Shown here piece after piece: positions 28,792 to 40,400 of a DNA stretch of 64,000 nucleotides; positions within the stretch are counted from its first letter, which is position 1, and each line of letters begins with the position of its first letter. A program made the position numbers and the translations under genes. The stretch lies in assembly GCF_000150275.1 (NCBI RefSeq), contig NW_002060946.1, positions 4,111,454 through 4,175,453 on the forward strand, in the 5' to 3' direction. Source of the DNA: Trichoplax adhaerens (Eukaryota > Animalia > Placozoa). A model generated the notes under the pieces. It made no database searches and was not told the origin of the DNA. It saw only the letters and a program-made list of their open reading frames with translations.

Positions 28792-29473
28792 CCCTAGTTG
28801 ACACTTGGGACTCGAGTCTAGCATGGCCATCTGCTATGTTGGCTTCTAGTCAGCAGCGTATCGACTTTTCCTTTCTGATACATTTTCTACTGTCGTCCAA
28901 GACTGCATCTGCACCATAACTCGGGATGGCCAAGAGGGTAGCGTAGGGTATCAAACCAATCCAAAAATTCGAGTCTATTGTATGGCTGGGGACAATGGCA
29001 AGCGGTGTCACCTGTCTTCAGCGGTTCACTTGTCATTGTACAGTGTACAGTGTACAGTACCAGAGTAAAGTACGTACTGTAACAGTCGACAACCAGTTCA
29101 TACTAGACCTGAGAAAGGTTCGGTTCAGTGGGCAGTGTCCTGTGCTACAATATACAGTACAGTATAATACTGTACACGTGAATGGGTAGCTGATGCGAAA
29201 CAGACTACAGCAAATCGTTAGCCAGTGTCGGATTAATTAATGGACAACTTGACTTGTTCCTATTAGAATTAATTCCCATAGAATTAATTTGTTAATTAAT
29301 GAGCAAGCTAATTAGAATTTCAATTAGCCAAACATATTATTAATGTTCCTACAATGCTGCCAATACTGTTGTACATCAGGGAGGTTAAGTAAACACTATC
29401 GTATTTTTAACTCTATTTCATTAGAAATGATAAAGATGGGAGAAAATTGATTATTAAAAAGTGATCGGCAAGT

Positions 29474-30420
29474 ACATATGGACAGCAATAGTCAAGAAGA
29501 GATTTTCAATAGTGACAATTAGACTCTATAAAGTAATACATCGCGAATAATGACTGTTATGGGCTATTATAAAGGTATGGTCTTTTTTAACAGTCCATGT
29601 TACTGCATCCATAGAGGTAAAAGAAAGAGCTTTCTCTTACCTGTTGGACTAGACATATGGACAATAGCCGTATAGAGTTTTAATAATACCAAATAGACTC
29701 GACAAAGTGACATTTCGACAACAATCACATAAGCACATAATTTGGTATTTTACTGCCATTATTGGCTAGTATTTGACTGGATATACTTGAAGTGGTTGCC
29801 AATTGCATTTAATTTATTACCAAATTCGAAAGACATTCAAGAAACCCCCCGTTAAAACTCTCAGCTTTTATATCCTCGATGGCGAATTGTGCTGTAGGGT
29901 GTTTGCAGAATTGATCATTCTAACATTGCTGTATGTTTCATTCTTTGTCACAGGTACTATGCTAATCTTTACCCCTTTCAAAATGTCATTACAAGCAGTG
30001 ATGCAAGTCTGCTTGTACAGACTGCATGCACAAGTATAGGATTACATACTCGTATAGACGCAATAGCGGTAAAAAGTGTTCAATAATGACAAAGGGAATC
30101 TACAAAGTGATATTTCGACAACAATTACAATCATATAAGCACATAATTTACCATTTCGGCTTGTATTTGATTGGAAATACTTGGAACGGCTATAAATTGT
30201 ACTCAATTTATTTTCATAAGGTAAATTATAATTATAATCGAATATACCGTACATATGGACAATAGCGGTAAAGAGATTTCCAATAATAACAAATAGACTA
30301 TTATAATCGAGTAGCCCGTATACTTAGAAATGCAGTAAAAGAAAATGCTTACTTGTGTGGCTGGATATATGGACATTGGACAACAAGGGTAATGCGATTA
30401 CTAATAGCTATAGTCTCTAC
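29474..30420. repeat. Degenerate local repeat family, about 5 copies
   Basis: ACATATGGACAATAGCGGTAAAGAGATTTCAATAATGACAAATAGACT-like units near 29474, 29654, 30052, 30251 and 30367. Two copies share ACAAAGTGA(C/T)ATTTCGACAACAAT..ATAAGCACATAATTT. Confidence 0.8.
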
Positions 30421-32266
30421 CAGCTGATGCTTGGTCAATTTACTGTAAATGTGCACAGCGTCGGCACAAAATGATTGAACTCAATACTGTTAGCTAAAAG
30501 AAAAAAAATTACATGCCTTTAATACTCAGGCTAAATACAACTCTGCTTCCGGAGCTTATGGTCTAGAAGGATGAATTAATGCGAAAAAAGCTTCTACAAG
30601 CACAATCAGCTAATACACTTCATTTATCGATATCAATAACGGCGGTATATACTCGGTAGATCCAAGCATACTAAACTCACGTTACTATACATATATTCAT
30701 AATTATATAATGAATTAACTATCCTACCTTGGTAATTTCTTGATGACAATGCATTTAAGGAAGTAATTATATATATCAGTAGCACATACCCGGTAGTTAG
30801 TATAATTTATTAATTTCATTAATTTACCACAGGAGTTCACGCTACCGTTAGTAGCGTACCGTGCAGATATCCATTATTCACTATTCCATTTTAGTATTTT
30901 ATTCTACGTTAATAAATTTAGGGTCAATATAACTTTCAATCGATAAAATGTATCATCTGCCCACATTTTTACTGGCATGAAAGCAATTTAATTTAAAAGA
31001 AAAATTTTATTAGGCTTATGCCACATAATGATTATTATTAACATATTAGTTTATTCTAGAATTTGACAATTAATTTTTTCTCGTAGTATCAAGAATAATG
31101 ATGTAATTGTTATATCGAAGTTAAATTTTACTAAATAAAGTGTAGCTTTCCTTAACCGTGTCATCTTAAAAAACGAATAAACAAGGAAAGTAGGATCGGT
31201 ATACTTGTGAGAACTTGATATACTCGCATTAAATTACTTATATTATGATATCGACAACTCATTATATGAAATTAAAGATGGAAACACTGTATTTCATTCA
31301 GTAATATCATATATCAAAATAAGAGGGAGCAACCTGTTAGTTAAAACTCTGTATAAACTAGAAGATAGGGTAGTTTATTAATTATGATCAATATACTTAT
31401 GCACTAGTTCGAGCCCGGTAACCATATATTAAGCTTCTCACTTAGATAATCGTATTATGGAGGTGCTCCAATAGATCAACGATCGCTATAACTGTATTTT
31501 ACTGATATCGCCAGAGTTTTACATTTAAGAATAATAAATCAGAAATTCACGTCAAAGTGCTACTGCAGTCATAGTACTGCAACTACCCAAATTAATACTT
31601 TACAGTCATTAGCCAATGAATGTTAATTTGTCGTTTAATTAATTGTTAGAGTTAAAATAAAAGGAAGGAACTAATTATAAAAGATTACAAGGGATACAAT
31701 AGATCACATGAAAGCCGCATAGAATAATGTATCATTTAGTAGCTGCATACGCTCCACTATTAATATAAAATTTTGCATCGGTATAACAGACAATGTCGTA
31801 AAAACATTGAATAGTATTCGATACAATACACACAATGATTCATACTCCGAGCCATCAATTGGTGCCACCAACATGTTTACTCCGAGTCGTAAACCCATAA
31901 ATCGCGATATTGCTGTACTATATCGACATTAAAAGCGATATTAGTAGTGCGATCCAAGCCATAAAATTAGATACCGTTATATATCGCAGTTTTGGCTGCG
32001 GCAAACGAGTATAATTATTGAGTTGATCGTAGAGAATCACCTGTAGAATCTATTTCTACAATCTATCCGTAGTTTTCATCTGCCATTTTTATATAGTATA
32101 CAGTAAATCCTATTCATTTCTTCCAGCTTGCTAGGTTTAAAGTTAATATTACTTCCATAAACGGATTAGTTTTTCAGAAGAAGTTGGACTTTGTTTTCCA
32201 TATTGTTAATCCTTTCAACGAATCAACTATAACATTTTTACTTATACCCGTGACTGGTACTATCGG

Positions 32267-35200
32267 ATGACCTACAAAATGGCAGCCGTTTACTTTGTAA
32301 CAGGTTTACTCCTTTTGCTGCTAGGAATTGGTAACGCTGTTATGGCTCTATCAGCAACTATTGATATAGCCTTCATCGTAAAAAGCCTTAATCCTACAGA
32401 TTTATTTTCTACTCCATCCGTTCTTGGCAATTCGGTAAGGAATCATTCAGACAAAGTAAAAATCGAAAACATTCCCAGTGGTAAAATCAATTAATGACTA
32501 AACCTTTATTCGATTACTAACTTATAATCAAGATTCCTTTTAGTTAATAAAGATGAGACTTATTTTTCTAAGTAGATTATCATTTTCATCTAAATTAAGC
32601 TAATTATAAGTTAGAAGGCAATTAACATTTCCTTGAAATGGTGTCATTGTCAGTTGATTACAATTATGCTACCTAACTCAAATGGATGCTGCCCTTTTTA
32701 CCGATCTTGTTCAATACATCCAAATACCGATCGTAAACATTTTTGAATAAACTTTTCTTAGCTACCTAGCCGGTAGAAGTTAAAATCTTCACTTCACAGA
32801 GTGAAATGAAACTCCATAAACTTCAGATGGAACATGAATAATACTTTTAAAGCGCGTTTTTACTCATAGTAGGCCAATAATTATAATCAGTATTGGTATA
32901 GCAGCAGAAACTGCAGACAGATCGTCAGCGTATTTCTGTCAATATTTGACAAAGACTACTATTGTTACTTTTTCGTTTCTGATGCCTTAAAAATACGAGC
33001 ATTTTAACTACTGTACTATATGATCATTATGAATTGTAATTAGAATTGCTTAAGAATAAGATTCATAATTTTAAAGTAGATTGAAATATTGACTAGTTCT
33101 AATGTAGAAAAAGATATGCTAAAACAGTTTCCTTAGTAGCATAACTCACAGTAGTGAGCTGAAATGCTTTTATTACCGTACTCTTGCACGATGAAAATCT
33201 ATTTATAATCTTTTATTAGACATTGAGTAGCATGAGTATCATGAAAATAGCGAATAAGTTCAACATTACAAGCCTGATCGCCTATCAATAAATTCATTTA
33301 ATAAACAGCATGCGAGAAAAATTTACCGTTAGCTAACTTGCAGTGGATCGTTAACATAACGAGTACAGATTATCCGTATAATAAACTATTGATAAAAATT
33401 ACCAAATTTTTATCTTTGAGGCATAGCTTTATTTCCTCTTAATCTCATTCTTGCAAAATTATCGATAATTATGTAATAAAAAAGGCTTGAAAAGATCTAA
33501 ATTATTTATTTTCTCCGATTTTATAGATGATTATTACTGGGATTCTTTCTATCATTCAATATTTTACTCCCACTAATGCAATGGTACGTTTATTTACAAA
33601 CTGCTTTAGATAGCATAGAGAAATAAATAAATTTGATTTCGATATAGCAAAATGATATTCATGATTAGTATCCAGTTTGCCTTTTAATTTGAAGTGAGAA
33701 TGAATGTTTCCATGCCATTTAGTTATAGATACGATACGCAAATCTAATCGTTCTACCTTCACCTAATTCTTTTTTTGCTTTTATGTTCTAGTTGGTTGCT
33801 ATTTATATCTTCAACATTCATACCTTAACATTACTACCGATATCCATCTTTACTTCCATCTACTACTATGCTACTATTCCACGATTGAATTTAGCAACTC
33901 GTCAATCTATCGCCATTTTTGCAGTTATTGTCCTTTTCTATCTATCTACAATCATCATTTCCGTTTACATTGCCATGCAATATTTCACCGATTTTATAAC
34001 CAGTCGTCATTATCATAAGCTATCTGATTTAAAAGAGGAACAAAATAGTGACAGATCCATTAATGAGGGTGAAATAGCCTTTCGTCTTTCATCGACCAAA
34101 AAGATTAGAAATGTAGCCATATTTCAGTTAATATGTAGCGGTGTTCTTATCGCATCTGGACTGGCAGATCTTTTCTTGTTTCAAGGTTTATACAGTAATC
34201 AGACATTTTATGCTGGCAGCTTAGTAAGTTTTTCTTAAAAAGATAATGAATTACTTCGACTTCAATTTCGAAATTTAAATGCCTGTTTTGTTGTTATTAT
34301 GGATATATTTATCAACCCTCAATTAATACAATTTTATATAAATAACTAAAATACTTATATAGTTATGTGTGACCAGCATTTGTGGAATTCTTTCGGAGCA
34401 TAAAAACATTGACGAAGGGGTAGGCAGACTTTGGTTTATTGTATGAATAAAATTTCCTCTGCACTATAATTAATTTAAAACTATAATCATATAATGCAGC
34501 GATGATATTAATGACGTATACTCACTCATACATTATTATTATTAATTTAAACTTCCCATGTAGATGATTTGGTTTGGCATATTATCGCGCGTAAGCCGCT
34601 TAATATGTATTTCAACAATCGGAATCAATGTTCTTGCCTATCTTAATACTTCAGCAGCAGCTCTATATGAAGATCCGGACAATATTCGTTCCTTATTCAT
34701 ATGCGTGTCTGTTATGTTGGTACTGGGATTTTTAACTTCGTTTTATATTACGTTAAAGCTGACGTCGAATATTGGCTTCTTTAATGTCATCTCTGTATGG
34801 AAAAAGCGACGTGCGGAACAAAGTTATAAACCAGAGCTATGCTCACTCACTACTGTCTTGAGCACTATCCAATTTTTGGCTGCCTTATTTTTATGGGCTA
34901 GTGGAGTCGCTGCTATGCTTTATGGTAAAGCTCAACACCTCTCTTTCAGTACTTTCTCTACCGCTAGTTGGGTAAGTTTTTTATACTATTAATGATGATT
35001 TAAGTAGGTGTTGCATGTGAAAAACATAATAACCATGATCAAACCGAAATCTAATAAGAAGATGAATATATTGGACCGTGGATTGCTAAAAAATATCATA
35101 TTTTTCAGTATTCCATGGATAGGCTAAGTCCAAATTCTCACTTAGGATAATGTGCGCCATAAGATGAGAGTTTGTTGCAATAGCTGAAGCTTAATCGTTC

Positions 35201-36315
35201 TGTTTTCATTTCTGCATTTAGGTCATTGTAGCAGCTAAAGTTGGCGTAAGCCTTAACCGGATGAAATCTGTTCAAATTGTAAGTAGAAAGACAGCAATGA
35301 CATGGTATACAACTGTTTTAGAAGTCTATCATAAATAAAAAAGATAAATACGAGTATATCTACTGTACATATATGAGCACATATTAAATAGTTAAAAATT
35401 TTAATAAATTTCACCAAAGATATCATTCTCTTATTTTAATTAGAACATACCTTACGTGGCAATATCTATTTTATCTACTTTGCTGCTATTGAATAATATG
35501 ATAGTCACTGGCATGGAGTACTATCGCTTGTATAAAAGTGACATAACCATTCGATTATCCATTCAAATTACTTTCGGCTGCATCATAGGTGCTGCCATCA
35601 TTTCTTTCCTCATTACCTTTTTCTCAGCCATAAAGATTGCCTGTGCAAACGATATTACATGTCGCAAAATAACTCCTACTTCAAAGGTACAGCATCGAAA
35701 GATTCATGACCTGACTCATATTTTTATTGATCTCCGTTGACATTTAAGTCCGTAAAGCGAAACGATTTCCACGTAGACAACTATTTCACTAGTATTTATA
35801 AAAGATTTAAAGAATATCAGTAGACTTAATTTAGTATTAGTTGATAGCACTGAGCATTCCAATATACTTGTATGTAAAGATACATTCGCAATATAATATC
35901 TTAAATCTAAGCTACCAGAATAATTTAGGAAAATACGTATACTCGTATCTATTATCGTCATTCTTTTTTATGGTGTATTTGGGCTATGAAATAGATCGAC
36001 TATGGTAAATATTGGAAAAGTATTTTGATTTAAGGACTGCTTTAATTCTCAATATATACCAGTATCGTATAATAGGGATACTTGGATATTTGTTGTTATT
36101 ACTGCATCATGCTTGTAGTTTTAAACTGGAATTTTAAAAATGCGATAAATTCGTCGATTTTCGAACTGATTAAACAATCTCACCTAATCTTGGATTCTGA
36201 TCAATTCTAGGCTACTAATACACGAAAACTAACGAAAGACATGGGATCAAGGAACATGCTAACTGCTAATGAAGATAATAATGAACAGGAGGACTCAAGA
36301 GAGTCTGCAAACTGA
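32267..36315 (+). CDS. Multi-pass membrane protein (~508 aa, ~12 TM) made of three tandem MS4A/CD20-like units. Exons 32267-32434, 33527-33583, 33792-34223, 34363-34419, 34564-34971, 35222-35278, 35444-35686, 36211-36315.
   Basis: All seven introns are GT-AG and phase 0, and the joined frame is open to TGA at 36313-36315. There are three 57-nt exons and repeating hydrophobic segments. The gene model is well supported; the family assignment is inferred. Confidence 0.75.
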
Positions 36316-37350
36316 GAAATCTTTCATTCGTTTCTCACTAATCTTGAAGACATCATTCCCTATTTTTCGTTTATTTCTTTCCAGGAATGAGGCATTAATA
36401 TCTAGTGTTAATGATAAATTACATATCCTAAGTGAATAAATAACTTGTAGTCTTTTTAAAGACGAAATAATCTATGTTTATATATCTTTCTGAACTGTAA
36501 TGATCTCATTCCATTTTAGTTAATCTACGGTAATACACGAAAAGAAAATCTACAAAATTGCATTTGTAATTTATTTCAATCTAATCATGCATGTATCCTA
36601 TACTGTAATACCAAGCAGGCGGTTTAGCCTAACGATATCTTAAATACATAGTTGGATATGGGATATTAAACTTAGAATATATTATTGAGCTAATATTTAT
36701 GAGTGCTTATCGTTAATAAATGAATTATAGCCTCAGTGCATTATTGACGTCTCTTTGTTCATAAAATACTAGTCGTCAACTCGATAATTTCAAATAGGAT
36801 TTTTCAGTTACCTCCTTTGATCGTTACTTTATTAACGGTAAGATCATTAGACCCTATCTAGGAACGTATTCAAAATCTTTAGCTCGATTATGACAGTACG
36901 TAGATAGAATATCTTGGCATTTAAATCGAAACATAGTCATTTAATCCATTAACAATTGTCCCAGCTTCAATATTTTGTATTGTTAAGTAGATAAATTACG
37001 AATAATGGTTATAACTTGTACGAGTATTAAAATAGTCTTAAAGATAACCAAGAGGTATAATCTATGATGGTAAAGAAAGTGAAGACGCTATATCTTTTAT
37101 TAAATACGTATTATTGAAATTCTATCTAGATGAGATTATGAATATTTTATGCTATTCCATTCTCTGATTACTTAATATCGCGGGTATAATTTCTTAGAAA
37201 ATAAGAATTAATCTATGCAGACGTACACATATCTTTGACTATTCAAGCAGTTAGTCTTCATTTTGCAACACAGTTTGTAGATATAGCGTTAAAATCGGTA
37301 AAAGGATTTGTAATATCAGCGTTGAAAGAATTCAGACGTAATTAAAGTAC

Positions 37351-37464
37351 CTATTGGATAAATAGGTTGCTATCTTCAATTTAGAGTTGTAGAAGCAATA
37401 GATTGAATTTTAAAACAAAAATTTTCCTTAAAGCTATTTGATAGCAATACCCTATTTCCAATAG
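37351..37464. repeat. Imperfect inverted repeat (foldback)
   Basis: CTATTGGATAAATAGGTTGCTATC (37351-37374) pairs with GATAGCAATACCCTATTTCCAATAG (37440-37464). Confidence 0.65.
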
Positions 37465-40400
37465 ATTGGCCTGACTTTTAACAGCGACTTTGCTAACATT
37501 TATGGCCGTTATCGAATACATAGTATTGACCAAGCTCAATTAGACTTTACGAAGGTACATGTAGAACCCTTGTAAAGATTTTAAAATAAAACGTCATTGG
37601 ATTACATAACTTTATTTGAATTGTGAAACCCTAATAAAATCGGATACCGATATTAATTTGTATTTGGGGTAATGGAAGAAAAAAATAGACGAACTGGGTT
37701 CATTTTCTCACAATCGTAGAATTACCTTTAGAATCCCTTTGTATTTGAAATATCATCCCCAGGCCCCCCAAAACAGGATATCTTCATACTCGTTCATGGT
37801 AGAAATAGTGTTAGGATTGCATTAATTAAGAACATCGAGCGGAAAACTTTCCTTCCAAATCCCCTACAACGCTATCTATTTATCAAAGGTATTTCAATAG
37901 CAAGATAGAGACAACATGCTAGGACAGGTTAGGTTGGTTTATTTTCTCACAGTTCAGATGAACTGTAGGATTGTCCAGAAAATTCTATTCTCTTGCTCTG
38001 TTAGCATAACTTGGCCCCCATTCAGATTTAAAATAAAAGATTGTAATTAGTGGATCTTCCCGCCTTCTTGAAATGAGATGACAGGTTAATTACCGGGTAC
38101 AGATCTCAGTTATAATTATGGTTCATTAAGATTACAATACCGTCGTGGGTAAATAGGGTTGATAACCAGATTCAAATGGCCGTACACACATATAGAATAA
38201 CAGCTATTAAAGTATAAAGACGAGTGGAGGAGTCGATAGACGAAAAAGTAATAGTAGTATTTATATCTTGTACTCCAATGGGCTCGATGAATAGGTCCAG
38301 TTCCAGATATTTTGAAAATGATCCTTTTGAAAATTAACTTTACTTTGTTATAAGGTACAAGAAAAGAATAATTGGAAGAGATAGAAGAGAAATAATAGGA
38401 ATATCTACAACGTATCTGTTCTTCGATAGGTTGGATAAATTTATAGAATGAGGAGCCCTTTTGATAATCGATCCTTTTACAATATACGGCCTCGTTATGT
38501 ATGGTCAAACTGTTTCGAGTTCGTACTGAAATCGAATTCTTAATTAGTACCGAAGTTACTAATATATGTGCTACAATAAGATGCAATGCTCGTGTAGTTT
38601 AACATGATTAGCTGCTGGTGCTCTAGCAGGATATAGTAATCTAATCCCCGTGCTTAGCACATGAAAGCATAAACACATATATTAAGCGTTATGATAATGT
38701 GTTACTACCATTCCTTGACAGGTCATGCGCTGGAATTTATAAGTGTGCATCGAGTAAATCGGGAGTTCTTCTCGTCAGTTGTTGTAGATACAGTTACGGT
38801 TTAGTTTTATTGTAATAAAGCTTAGATTAGTTTTCATCAATCCAGAGAATCTGATTTCTTATGGGCCCTAAGCATTAGCTTCGCTACAAACGCCAAACTC
38901 GACTTAAAAATAATTGTTTCGAAAATTTGCCTTATTTTATCGGATAGGAGTAAAAGGTTTATGCTAATGGGTTAAAAGAATGATCAAAACTGATCCTGAA
39001 ATTACATATTAAGGTTATCATCTTCATTAAGCACCAGAATAATTAAACCTTTATCAAGTTGCCTACAAGAAGTTAAGTATATCAGTATTTGGACCATATT
39101 TAACCTTGGATTAGAGAAAATGATTAAATTATACCAATAAAGTCTACTAAATTCTTATCCTTTATTACTTCTTTCGGAATAGATCAGATCTTTAAAATGT
39201 GCACACCCTATCAGTCTCAATTTATATTTAAAGCTAGTACTGTATGCCTTACCATCTACGTCTAACAGATTCGAGGAATAGCCTTCCATATTAATCGGCT
39301 ATAATCCTTTACCATTGCGATTACTATCCTCTAAAATTGTACTCTACTGGAAAAATTTGTCTTATCCTATCAGTAGATAGAGTCCGGTATTCACTGACTA
39401 TGATACCACATAGGGAAAACTTCCGAGGTTAAGGGTGAACACCCAACATAATTACATAAGCTGTACTAATAAATCATTAAGCCGTAATAGTATATGTTAT
39501 AACATCAACCATATCACCGGTTACATCAGCTATAATCTAATATCATTGTAGTCTGAAAAGCAAACAGTATAGGTGACAGGTCTTGGATCATGTCTAGTAT
39601 CTATATCCATATTATGAATTAATTTTTCATTCCGATAGTAGTAAAATTATTATCGTAAGTTAAGCAATGGTAATAACAATTTACTATCTATATTCTTGTG
39701 TGAAAATGGTCATATTATCGCAAGTCCGTTTTGATGTCTATCGTGGATAACATATTTTTATATGGTGCAAATAATTAAATAGAGAATAACTTTCTGCCTC
39801 CATCCATTATCGGTACGATTCTTGCATTATATCAACCTCTGAATATAAATGATCAAAAGAAAATAGGTTAATCTGATATTAAACTGAATGTCGAGTCATT
39901 AATATACCACCAACTGCTACGCCTGTTCATTATATTTCTATATTATATATAAGGTCTACAGAGAAGATTATTCGTACAATATTCGAAAAAATTAATTCCC
40001 AGTATATGCTTTCTTTAAACGTAATTTTAAAACGATTTTGAAAATACCATTGAATAGATATACTGTCAATAATAATCCTTGATGGAAACTTCTTTATTTT
40101 ACTTCGTTCAACACTTTTTGAGCTTTAATATTAAATTAAATTAATCAATGTACATTTAAACACATACTCCGATAGAATATTTAAATTATGAGAGGGATTT
40201 AAGAACAAAGAAAATTGCATCAATCTAAATTTTAAATGTAAGCTCAAACTTATTCCATATTTGCGAAGACGAAGGTGTAAAAGGGGAAAAGATAATAACA
40301 GCTAATATATTGTAATGGATGAAGTCTTGAAATGTATAATTACTGGTATACTAGCCATCCTAAAGAATATTACCCAAAATTTTATTCACTAATTGAAAGC

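Noticed and set aside
32982-33010. ATGCCTTAAA resembling the 5' end of U12 snRNA
   Set aside because: The match stops after 10 nt, with no branch-site pairing region or Sm site.
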